Below, piece after piece: positions 52,416 to 64,000 of a DNA stretch of 64,000 nucleotides. The notes beneath the pieces are model-generated. The model saw only the letters and a program-made list of their open reading frames with translations, was not told the origin of the DNA and did no database searches. Source of the stretch: Paragordius varius (taxonomy: Eukaryota > Animalia > Nematomorpha); contig OZ176050.1 in the NCBI GenBank assembly GCA_964247055.1, positions 11,408,001 to 11,472,000 on the forward strand, written 5' to 3'. Position numbers and translations under genes: made by a program. The stretch's first letter is position 1. Every line of letters starts with the position of its first letter.

Positions 52416-54487
52416 TAACATCACCGTTTATATCGTTTCCATCATGCTCAAAATAGTATAAAAGGGAATTTTACGTTTATTTTGAGAGAACGGTTAATTT
52501 TAAAAGAGCCAAAAAAATTGGGACTTTTAGAGCCACATCTAAAAATTAAAAATTTTTAAAACATTGTTTTTATATGGAGTTTATGTTATATTTTAGTGAT
52601 ATTTTTTGAAATTATACATTTAGCATTCACCAAAAAATATATTTGAAAAATTGCGCCCCTTTTGCAATTTTATACGGAGCACTTACTGTAAATAACTTTT
52701 TTTAATAACTCGTAAAGGTTCAAACCAAAAGCACCATGATAATCCTGATATTTTCCTATCAGAATATATATATATATATATATATTTCATCAGGATATTT
52801 TTAACTGTGGAATATTCCACACCGATGGTTTAAAAACAAGGCAAAGTATGTTTTAATTTTGTACTGCGTTCAAGTTAAAAATATCTGATCACATTACAAT
52901 AAGGGAATTTACGAAAGCCATGGTCGGGCAATTTTTATTAGCCCCCGTCCGCTCCTGATAAATGACTTTTCATGTGAAGTTTGATAAAAAATAATATTTT
53001 GAGGAAATTTCCTCCAAGAGAGTGGTTTTAGCCATTTCTATTGTAAAGGCAAATCTTTTATTTGAGTGCTTTTCTTAAATTAGATGCTGGGTAGGGCTCA
53101 ACCATAGTATACGCCACACCATGCATTGGCTTGAAAATTTTCGGAAACTCACCAGAAGGATTTATTAATACTTTAAGGTATTTCCTGTATAAAATAAAGT
53201 CCAGCGCTTTTATAAACCACTGGATAGGGATCCACCCTCTGACCATATGAAATTAATGTGGCTGATTCGGATTATGAGATTATATGTAAATAATGGTTTT
53301 AGATATTTCCGTATAAAGGCAAAATTGTTGGTCAAAATGACGGCCAAAATCTCAGACCTAGTAACAAGGCACAATGCCTACCGCAACATTGCAAAAATAA
53401 GAAAATTAGTGTAGTGTAAAATCCTTCATACCAGGAGATTCTAAACTATCTTTTTAGTTGAAAATTGAATTTAATGATCTCGATACACCCAATAGCTTCA
53501 CCATAGATTTGGTCGGCAAAATTATATAACAAATCCAAACAACCAATGGCAGTCAAAACGCGGCCCTTATTTAAATGGCCGTGAATTATTGAGTTATTTT
53601 TAAATTGCTATTAGAAATAACTCGTTAATTTTGACATTTATTTATTTTTAAGTAAATAATTTAGGTTTAGATATTTTGTGGTAATTTCCTTAACCCATAT
53701 AAATTTATTTTATTGAATTGGCTTTTTTGAAACCTTGGCGATTCGTTTTAAGCATGCGCGTTTTGTTGAAAAAGTCATGTATTTAAAACTGATTCCAATT
53801 TACGATAAAGAAAATCTTAAAAAATAAAGGTATAGTGAATTTAGGCAAGTTGTGTCAAATATGAAAATATAATAAAATATGAAATAATATTTCTTTTTCC
53901 CACACAAGTTATGCATGGATTCAAAAAATTTGCCTCATGATATTAAACCATATTCAAATTGTCGGTTAATGTTAAATTATGTGGCACAAGAGACATATTA
54001 GCTGGATGTGTATGCGACCCGCAAAAAATATCGGAGTATAAATATCTGAACATCACGATGCAACAACTGGCCTTGAGACAAAAAATATATTCGGGGCGTC
54101 TGAATTTTCGGTGTATACCACTCATCTTAACTATTGGAAATGGACATGTGAAATTTTACTATATTGTTTATTACATGTTAAAACCATTTTCTGCTATTAT
54201 CAAACCAACATTTAATTGTTAGCCTATATAACACAAATGATTTAATTTTTAAATATATACATCTAGAATAATTAGTGAAATGAGAATTGTCTTAAGATAA
54301 CAGGTAAGAAAATGTAATTTGTGTAAGGGAAACGCTGTTTTATAGTATTTTTCCCAACGTTTAAATAGTTAAAGAAACCGAAAACTACGTATTTGCTAAA
54401 TCAGCGAATAGCCAAAAAAGCTTTGTAAAAACCACAAGCATCTAAATATTATTAAAAAGCAATTTTAGAGATCATGTGAAATAAAAA

Positions 54488-57400
54488 TTAATAATAAGGT
54501 ATTAATTTATATATTGCTACACTTTCATCAAGAAGTGATAATGGATAAATAATGGTGGTTGATAAGTCAATAGTATTATTGTTGCTAATGTTATCCAATT
54601 CGGGCATATTCAATATATTTTGTAGTTTGTAACTGCATTGTTTCGCTTGACATTTGATTCCAAGTTTAGAATATGACAAGTTCATTGCCTCTTCCATATT
54701 ATCTTTTTTATTCCAAACAAATGAGTTAGGGTTATAAAACATCATGGCCCAAGCATGTGGCTTATATAGTCCAAGCATTTTAATCCAAATTTCAATATTG
54801 TGCTATGATTCAAATAAAATACATATAAACAATTTGTTTTATATATAAAAAATAATTTAGGTATGTTTGTGAGGTAAATTAAATCGCCCAATTAATGTAT
54901 AAATACCAGGAATGAAACCGGAAATGTTTTAGAATCAAAAGAAAAACTGAAACTATTCATAGTCCCAAATATATGATTTATTTTAATTTTTTACCATGTT
55001 TTATATTTTTGATTATATCAATTTTAATATTATTTAGCATTATAAAGTAGTACGAGTTAATCTCTATAATTTAACCAAATTTAGTGATGTAGCGTAATAA
55101 AACGTATATTGTTAAATTTTGCAATACTATCCTTTAGCAAATAAGATAGCGACCCCCATAAGTAACGGACACGAAATTATGCTGAATCCAGATGGAGAAT
55201 GCTTATATTAGTAATAAACAAAAAAACGAACAAAAAAATACGCCTGACCAATGCCAACCTAATCATATGGTATGAAAGATGAACAATGATGAAAGGGGGT
55301 GAGAAAAATTACAGCGTATGTATTTTTCTGTTGGAGAAAATCTTAACCTAACATGGAAGAATAGGATACCCCACCAAGACCTTTTTCTATAAATCATGAA
55401 ACAAAAGTTATCCAATATCGGCCATGTTATAAGTGGGAACTCCCAAAAAGTTAACGATTAAAGCAGAAAGCGAGCACCAATATGTGCTCGCTGGGTAGAT
55501 GACCTTTTTAAGTTCACAAATTCTCCCTACTAACATTAACACAAATGACATAAAATAGATAGAAATGGATGAAATATTCATATGATATTACTCAAGATTG
55601 GCAACTACTGTAAGCATAAAATCAAAAAAGTATTTTTATGATATTTTTTAAAAAATGTAGCATCCAAATTTTTTGCAAATTATTTTAAAGATTATTTTAG
55701 TTGAAACATGTCAACTGTATTAATAAAAATATTAAACCAAAAATTCAATAAAGTGCAACAAATGTTTAAAGTGGGTACATAAAAAATGCTCCACTTTAAA
55801 AAGTTTATATGATAATAAAAACTTTATTTGCTCTCCGTGCAGTACAACAAACACAATAACCATAAAATCTCCTTCCCCCGAGTCCTCCACTTTATTCGAA
55901 TTTGTCGACAAATTTACATACCTAGGTGATACTTTAGATGCTGGTGGTGGTATAGAATCAGCCTTATATCAAAGCCGCCTGGAAAAAGTATCATATACAG
56001 TCTTATTCAACCAATAAAAAACAAAAAAGGCAGACTTTATAAAACCTGGCAATCCACCATTCAAGAAGACCTAGATTATCTCAATATCGACGAACAAGCA
56101 GAAGACAAAAACAAATGGAAAACTACACGCTTACCTCCTTTGAAAGGAGAAAATAGGGTATAAAGGTGATATAAACCAAAAAAACTATATTATGAAATTA
56201 TGGAACCAAAACCAGATACATTTTTTAAAAAATATTTAAAACCGTCTCCGTAACCATTCAACCAAAACTGTTTACAAAAACATTATGTGTTAAAGAATCG
56301 AAACAAAAAATGACTTAGTTGAACGGTACCGGTTCCGATCCCTTTTAACATCCAATATTAACTAAAGAATGAAAATAAATTTTGATAAACTTTATAAACT
56401 CTGTGGCCCATGTAACCAAGATCGTCTTGATTCAATTCAATGAGTTGCTTATGTTGTAAGATTTCGACAGTTTTTGCATCCAATGCCTCAACATCATTAG
56501 ACATGATTAATGGTACGGACATAAAAGACCAAATCGCCATTTGTGTTAACATTTGATTGTAATTCATCCCTGAATTCCCAATAACCAGCTAAAATTATTT
56601 TGATAAAAACGTTTAAAAATTTATACCATGTCAAATAACATAGGCAATTTTTGGGTAATTGGTTATCATGTCTTGAAAAAATTTTAATCAGTTATGAAAA
56701 AAATAATTACACATCAAAAGTTTCTAAATCAAAGGAGCTAAAATAATATTGTCAATATTCAATGTTTTAATTCATAATATTAATTTATCAGTGTTTAAAA
56801 CACAGTGTGCTACCATTTTTCCTAACATCATTACATCCAAAACATTATATAAAAAATAAAATTCGTAGAATCAATAACGAGAAAAGTTTCGGAGGCCTAA
56901 TGAATGCAAACAATTTTTTCGTATTATCATCTTTTTTGATATAGAAAAATGTTTTAAAAATTTTATTTATACTTGATCAGCATCAAACCAACGGTTCGGT
57001 CCGTGATAAGGTACAAATGTGTGTCCATACTCACTGTAATACCTTATGATACCGCTAACACTTGGCCAATTGGTAGCAATGTCATAAAAGTTACGCCAAG
57101 TATGAGCATGTTTTCCAATATACCTATAATCAGGCTAAAAAGATATTTAAAATAAAAATAAAATTAAATTTTTGTAAATGTATTTGATGTGGTCTGAAAC
57201 ACAGTAAAAATAAATTTAAACCATTTTTTTTAATAAAGATAATCATACCTTTTAAACTTTAATTTTCTCTATAAAAACTATATAAATATATTAAATTTAA
57301 TATATGAGTGTAACAATTTACTTCTCTATTTCCCATGCAAAAAAACGATGAGTTATATTTGATCAATATTTTAAAATGATTGTCTTTTAAAAAAACATTT

Positions 57401-59352
57401 ATCGATCAAAATTTTTACTGTCAAGCTTAATATAAAACATACAAGCATTGTAAAAAACCAAACTTATCAAAAGAATGCAATAAAGTGATATATTTACCTG
57501 AATGTGAGCAAGAAACTGATAAAATGGCCAGCTAAAAGAGTAAACCATATTTCTACCGGTTTTATTCAAAAAATAGCTCATCATTGCATAACCTATAAGT
57601 AAAAACTATATCAAGCATTTTTTTAAATAAACTATTTCCAATAATTAAAAATATCTCCAAATTATTTTATTTTATGTTCTCATTATTAAATTTATTTTTT
57701 TCAGATTAAATAAATTACCAAAAACAACCGAGTAAATTTAAATATAAGCTTATTCAGGCGAATTATATTGTAATGTATTCACATAATTATATATAAATTC
57801 AATAATTTCACGTTTTTAGCATTTTAAAAAATGATATGCGCATTTACGACGAATTTATACATTCCACATTTACTACTAATTTGCATTTTAGTTATTTAAG
57901 TGTTAATATTACTGACAAAAAAAAAACGAAAGCAATATAACACATATCTCGCATAATTGAACAAGAAATACATGAATTAACCCATTTTTCTGTTTTTAAA
58001 TCACATTACAAAAGTTTATGGATAGAAATGATTAAAATACGATTAACTAAAACAAAACTAAAAACCAGTATCCATTAGAGTAGTATCTGTGAAACAACCA
58101 TCAACCTTGATAAAATCAACGTGCCATTCAGCCATAGTGAGCGCATCGATTTCCATTGTGTGCATTGAACCCGGGGTATGTCCCATACAAGTCGTTTCAC
58201 CATAACTTAGGTAAAGGCCAAACTTTAAACCTAGTTTATGGATCTGTAATACAATATGGCTATGTACATTAAATATTAATAAATTACAGACAAACGTAAA
58301 ACATAAAAGACAAATATCTTTTAAGGAGAAACCAATAAATTATTTTTTTTAATATAACTTATCGTTTTGGGTCGCAAAATAGAGAATAGCCAAGTAATTA
58401 TGCCTGAACTCTAATAGTTTAGTAATGGAATTATAGAGGGAAAAACCAAGGTTAAAAAGTATGGTTTTCCTTTAAGTTTTGTATTTATATTCAATTTTTG
58501 CATAGCTTGTTACAAATTTTTCATATGAAACTGTGTAAAATTAATATTTTTACCCTTATTTTATCCACTTTAATTTCGTTAATATTGCAAAATATCGGTT
58601 ACGCTCTTAAGAAACTAATCAATCAATTAATTTCATATAGAATAAAATCCAAAAATATTATTTAAGTCATTTATTATCTAAAAAGTACATATTATTGAAG
58701 TTTTAAAAAAGCTGAATTTTTTATCTCAACTGAATCAAAGTTCCAAAAAGAATGATCTAATTAGCTAAATATATTTTTTTTATTTTATGCACAAGTTTTG
58801 CGAAAGCATCAAAATATATAAAATAGATAATCATTCAATAATTTAACATTAGAGTTTTTTACAAGTTATATTTTTTTTAAAAAATTGTTATCTATATTTT
58901 TTATTTAAATATCAATTATTTATTTTAATTACGTGATCTGCGATATATTTCATCCCATTTGGAAAACGCACAGGATCTGGAACAAGTTTGCCTAAAGGAT
59001 CTCTGGACTTTAATGCCCAACAATCATCAATACATATATATTCATAGCCAAATTTTAAAAAGCCACGATTTATTATCGAATTAGCAGTTTTAATAAAAAG
59101 TTTTTCGCTATAATTAATTATTCAATACCTTATACAATTGTTAGGATCATTCTGACAATCAATATTACACATATATTTTCCCCAGGCCATCCAACCCATG
59201 GGGGGTTTTTTAGCGCTATCAGCCTTAAAACCCTGACTACATTTACATAACAAAAGCACTAAACAAATCTTAAAAATATACAGCTTGCATGTGCTTTCGA
59301 CAAGATCCAAATGGTGTAGTGATTGAATAACACTTGGATACAACACATTCAT
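54488..59352 (-). CDS. NAGA: Glycoside hydrolase family 27, alpha-N-acetylgalactosaminidase/alpha-galactosidase, about 448 aa
   Basis: Exons 59129-59352, 58933-59107, 58066-58243, 57498-57592, 56973-57134, 56391-56588, 54488-54802 (1347 nt, phase-consistent). Motifs PPMGWMAW, CNIDCQNDPNNCIS, YICIDDCW, DPVRFPNGM, IHKLGLKFGLY, IKVDGC (nucleophile Asp), WRNFYDI (acid/base Asp), QMAIWSFMSVPLIMSND, NQDDLG. The start codon is uncertain, and NAGA versus GLA specificity is uncertain. Confidence 0.92.
55240..55510 (+). mobile_element. Degenerate RTE-type LINE 3' remnant in the last NAGA intron
   Basis: Fragments resembling CWRKIL..TW.NRI, KQKLSNIGHVI and RWVDD. Confidence 0.6.
55885..56165 (+). mobile_element. 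Internally deleted RTE-type LINE remnant
   Basis: EFVDKFTYLGDTLDAGGGIESA joined to KKGRLYKTWQSTIQEDL...AEDKNKW. Confidence 0.7.
56185..56343. mobile_element. Solo hAT-like end
   Basis: Ends GGTACCGGTTCCGATCCCT (reverse complement AGGGATCGGAACC) with several subterminal AACC motifs; the partner end was not found. Confidence 0.4.
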
Positions 59353-59357
59353 TTTAG

Positions 59358-59392
59358 TCCTTCGATAAATTGGGGTAGTTAAATACCCCAGG
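59358..59392 (+). mobile_element. piggyBac-like terminus, copy 1
   Basis: TTAG|TCCTTCGATAAATTGGGGTA-GTTAAA-TACCCCA, a subterminal palindrome and a direct repeat of 59937-59972. Confidence 0.45.
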
Positions 59393-59750
59393 CCTGTTTA
59401 GAATTAAATTTTTTAAAAATATGAAAGGAATCGAAACCATTACAAAATTGTGCACTTTTATAAAATTAATAAACCGAAATTGTAAAAAAATTATATTCAA
59501 AAATACTTGATATTACTTATTTTAAGCTAAAACCGAAAGGTAAAAATTTAGTCAACGTGACATGTGTGCAATGGTAAAATGGAAAAATAATACAAAATAA
59601 ACCGCTTTTTCTATTTTCATCAATGTTAGATATAATTCATATAAAAAATAAGCTTTAATTTTACCCTTAAAATAAATGAAGACGATATTTTGCAAAATTT
59701 TGGCAAAATAAAAATGGCGTCTAAGTAGTTTGAGATGGAACTTTTTTTTC

Positions 59751-59934
59751 AAAACAAAATTTTATCCAGATATTTTGGCATATTTATATTTTTTATGAGG
59801 ATAGAGGCATAAATTTAAATTTGGACCGTTTCCTTTAGTAGTTTTTTGAAAATCCTCATTCATATAAAAAAATACTGAAACGGTCCCAAATTAAAATGCG
59901 TTTACGCCAAAATATCTAAATAAAATTTCGTTTT
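59751..59934. repeat. Imperfect inverted repeat (MITE-like)
   Basis: aaaacaaaattttatccagatattttggc pairs with gccaaaatatctaaataaaatttcgtttt; atttggaccgtttc pairs with gaaacggtcccaaat. Confidence 0.6.
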
Positions 59935-59936
59935 AA

Positions 59937-59972
59937 CACTTCGATTCAAATTGGGGTATCTAAATACCCCAG
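59937..59972 (+). mobile_element. piggyBac-like terminus, copy 2, directly before the satellite
   Basis: TTAA|CACTTCGATTCAAATTGGGGTA-TCTAAA-TACCCCAG. Confidence 0.5.
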
Positions 59973-59987
59973 ACTAAATTTAAATTA

Positions 59988-62900
59988 AAATATCCCCGCA
60001 TTATGGTTAATATAATTGAATGTTAAAATATACAGGCTGAATGAAAACAATCATAGTATGAATATGGATATAATTTGGTTGTTAAAATATAATGGTTGAA
60101 TGTAAACAATACCCGTATGAGTATGGTTAATATAATTTGATTGTTAAAATTTTATAGTTGAATGTAAACAATACCCGTATGAGTATGGTTAATATGATTT
60201 GATTGTTAAAATTTTATGGTTAAATGCGAACAATACCCGTATGAGTATGGTTAATATAGTTTGATTGTTGAAATTTAATGGCTGAATGTAAATAATACCC
60301 GTATGATTATGGTTAATATATTTTGAATGTTAAAATATACAGGCTGAATGAAAACAATCATAGTATGAATATGGTTATAATTTGATTGTTAAAATTTTAT
60401 GGTTAAATGCGAACAATACCTGTATGAGTATGGTTAATATAGTTTGATTGTTGAAATTTAATGGCTGAATGTAAACAATATCCGTATGAGTATGGTTAAT
60501 ATAATTTGATTGGTAAAATATATTGGCTGAATGTAAACAAACCCGCATGAGTATGGTTAATAAAATTTGATTGTTATAATTTTATGGTTGAATGTAAACA
60601 ATGCCCGTATGAGTATGATTAATATAATTTGATTGTTAAAATTTAATGGCTGAATGTAAACAATACCCGTATGAGTATGGTTAATATGATTTGATTGTTA
60701 AAATATGGCTAAATACCCGTCTGAATATGTTTAATATAATTTGATTGTTAAAATTAATGGCTAAATGTAAACAATACCCGTATGAGTATGGTTAATATAA
60801 TTTGATTGTCAAAATATAATGGCTAAATGTAAACGATACCCGCATGTGTATGGTTAATATAATTTGATTGTTAAGTTTTAATGGCTATATAAACAATACC
60901 CGTATGAGCATCGTTAATATAATTTGATTGTTAATATATAATGGCAGAATGTAAACAATACCCGTATGAGTATGGTTAATATAATTTGATTGTTAATATA
61001 TAATGGCAGAATGTAAACAATACCCGTATGAGTATGGTTAATATAATTTGATTGTTAAAATATAATGGCTTAATGTAAACAAACCCGCATGATTATGGTT
61101 AATATAGTTTGATTGTTAAGTTTTAATGGCTAAATATAAACAATACCCGTATGAGTATGGTTAATATAATTTGATTGTTAAAATTAATGGCTAAATGTAA
61201 ACAATACCCGTATGAGTATGGTTAATATAATTTGATTGTTAATATATAATGGCAGAATGTAAACAATACCCGTATGAGTATGGTTAATATAATTTGTTTG
61301 TTAATATATAATGGCAGGATGTAAACAATACCCGTCTGAATATGTTTAATATAATTTAATTGTTAATATATAAAGGCAGAATGTAAACAATAGCCGTATG
61401 AGTATGGTTAATATAATTTGATTGTTAAAATTAATGGCTAAATGTAAACAATACCCGTATGGGTATGGTTAATATAATTTGTTTGTTAATATATAATGGC
61501 AGAATGTAAACAATACCCGTATGAGTATGGTTAATATAGTTTGATTGTTAAGTTTTAATGGCTAAATGTAAACAATACCCGTCTGAATATGTTTAATATA
61601 ATTTAATTGTTAATATATAATGGCAGAATGTAAACAATAGCCGTATGAGTATGGTTAATATAATTTGATTGTTAATATATAATGGCAGAATGTAAACAAT
61701 AGCCGTATAAGTATGGTTAATATAATTTGATTGTTAAAATTAATGGCTAAATGTAAACAATACCCGTATGGGTATGGTTAATATAATTTCATTGTTAAAA
61801 TTTAATGGCTAAATGTAAACAATACCCGTATGGGTATGGTTAATATAATTTCATTGTTAAAATTTAATGGTTGAATGCATACAATACCCGCATGATTATG
61901 GTTAATATAATTTCATTGTTAAAATTTAATGGTTGAATGCATACAATACCCGTATGAGTATGGTTAATATAATTTGATTGTTAAAATGTAATAGTGGAAT
62001 GTAATCAATACCCGTATGAGTATTGTTTATATAATGATATTGTTATAATATAATGGCTGAATGTAAAAAATACCCGTATGAGTATGGTTAATATAATTTG
62101 ATTGTTAAAATGTAATAGTGGAATATAATCAATACCCGTATGAGTATTGTTTATATAATGATATTGTTAAAATATAATGGCTGAATGTAAAAAATACCGG
62201 TATGAGTATGATTAATATAATTTGATTGTTAAAATGTAATAGTGGAATGTAATCAATACCCGTATGAGTATTGTTTATATAAATTTATTGTTAAAATATA
62301 ATGGCTGAATGTAAAAAATACCCGTATGAGTATGGTTAATATAATTTGATTGTTAAAATGTAATAGTGGAATGTAATCAATACCCGTATGATTATTGTTT
62401 ATATAATTATATTGTTAAAATATAATGGCTGAATGTAAAAAATACCCGTATGAGTATGATTAATATAATTTGATTGTTAAAATGTAATAGTGGAATATAA
62501 TCAATACCCGTATGAGTATTGTTTATAAAATTATATTGTTAAAATATAATGGCTGAATGTAAAAAAATACCCGTATGAGTATGATTAATATAATTTGATT
62601 GTTAAAATGTAATAGTGGAATGTAATCCATACCCGTATGAGTATGGTTAATATAATTTGATTGTTAAAATGTAATAGTGGAATGTAATCAATACCCGTAT
62701 GAGTATTGTTTATATAAATTTATTGTTAAAATATAATGGCTGAATGTAAAAAATACCCGTATGAGTATGGTTAATATAATTTGATTGTTAAAATGTAATA
62801 GTGGAATGTAATCAATACCCGTATGAGTATTGTTTATATAATTATATTGTTAAAATATAATGGCTGAATGTAAAAAATACCTGTATGAGTATGATTAATA

Positions 62901-64000
62901 TAATTTGATTGTTAAAATGTAATAGTGGAATATAATCAATACCCGTATGAGTATTGTTTATATAATTATATTGTTAAAATATAATGGCTGAATGTAAAAA
63001 ATACCCGTATGAGTATGGTTAATATAATTTGTTAAAATGTAATAGTGGAATATAATCAATACCCGTATGAGTATTGTTTATACAATTATATTGTTAAAAT
63101 ATAATGGCTGAATGTAAAAAATACCCGTATGAGTATGGTTAATATAATTTGATTGTTAAAATGTAATAGTGGAATGTAATCAATACCCGTATGAGTATTG
63201 TTTATATAATTATATTGTTAAAATATAATGGCTGAATGTAAAAATACCCGTATGAGTATGATTAATATAATTTGATTGTTAAAATGTAATAGTGGAATAT
63301 AATCAATACCCGTATGAGTATTGTTTATATAATTATATTGTTAAAATATAATGGCTGAATGTAAAAAATACCCGTATGAGTATGATTAATATAATTTGAT
63401 TGTTAAAATGTAATAGTGGAATGTAATCCATACCCGTATGAGTATGGTTAATATAATTTGATTGTTAAAATATAATGGCTGAATGTAAAAAATACCTGTA
63501 TGAGTATGATTAATATAATTTGATTGTTAAAATGTAATAGTGGAATATAATCAATACCCGGATGAGTATTGTTTATATAATTATATTGTTAAAATATAAT
63601 GGCTGAATGTAAAAAATACCCGTATGAGTATGGTTAATATAATTTGATTGTTAAAATGTAATAGTGGAATATAATCAATACCCGTATGAGTATTGTTTAT
63701 ATAATTATATTGTTAAAATATAATGGCTGAATGTAAAAAATACCCGTATGAGTATTGTTTATATAAATTTATTGTTAAAATATAATGGGAATGTAAAAAA
63801 TACCCGTATGAGTATGGTTAATATAATTTGATTGTTAAAATGTAATAGTGGAATGTAATCAATACCCGTATGAGTATTGTTTATATAATTATATTGTTAA
63901 AATATAATGGCTGAATGTAAAAATACCCGTATGAGTATGATTAATATAATTTGATTGTTAAAATGTAATAGTGGAATATAATCAATACCCGTATGAGTAT
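59988..64000. repeat. 62-bp tandem satellite, about 65 monomers, running off the window
   Basis: Consensus aatacccgtatgagtatggttaatataatttgattgttaaaatataatggctgaatgtaaac (period measured at 60108/60170 and 62007/62069/62131); alternating A/B monomers give a 124-bp repeat from about 61980. Confidence 0.98.

Noticed and set aside
53040-54240. ORFs 53058-53246, 53943-54125 and 53959-54222 as a fourth gene
   Set aside because: No recognisable homology or consistent exon chain, and the surroundings look repeat-derived. A BLAST search would be needed to exclude it fully.
59988-64000. CRISPR-like array (recurring conserved motif)
   Set aside because: The sequence between motifs is itself repeated rather than unique spacers, there are no cas genes, and the context is eukaryotic; it is a satellite.
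1-64000. Alternative genetic code or stop-codon reassignment
   Set aside because: All reconstructed exons are open under the standard code once the micro-introns are removed.

Overview
Very AT-rich, intron-rich eukaryotic DNA; the proteins are animal-type, but the species cannot be identified from the sequence alone. Three spliced genes lie head-to-tail on the minus strand: GBF1 (Sec7 ARF-GEF, start at 17592, 3' end beyond base 1), a RAPGEF2/6-like PDZ-GEF (about 47450 to 22886) and a GH27 alpha-N-acetylgalactosaminidase/alpha-galactosidase (59352 to 54488). I rebuilt the exon chains by hand using GT-AG boundaries, reading-frame phase and remembered human orthologue sequences. The most unusual result is five ultra-short GT-AG introns of 21, 23, 25, 27 and 30 nt. 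Four of them are needed to keep the reading frame, and all five lie among the first coding introns of their genes; every other coding intron is 59 nt to 2.7 kb. Introns and intergenic DNA hold a Helitron family (a 160-bp minimal element and larger copies with internal tandem repeats), RTE-type LINE remnants, hAT and Chapaev-like DNA-transposon relics, MITEs and a tRNA-derived SINE-like head. The last 4 kb is a 62-bp satellite that switches to a 124-bp dimeric repeat and begins just after a piggyBac-like terminus. The GH27 enzyme keeps both catalytic aspartates but has lost a conserved disulfide pair and has an unusual specificity pocket.
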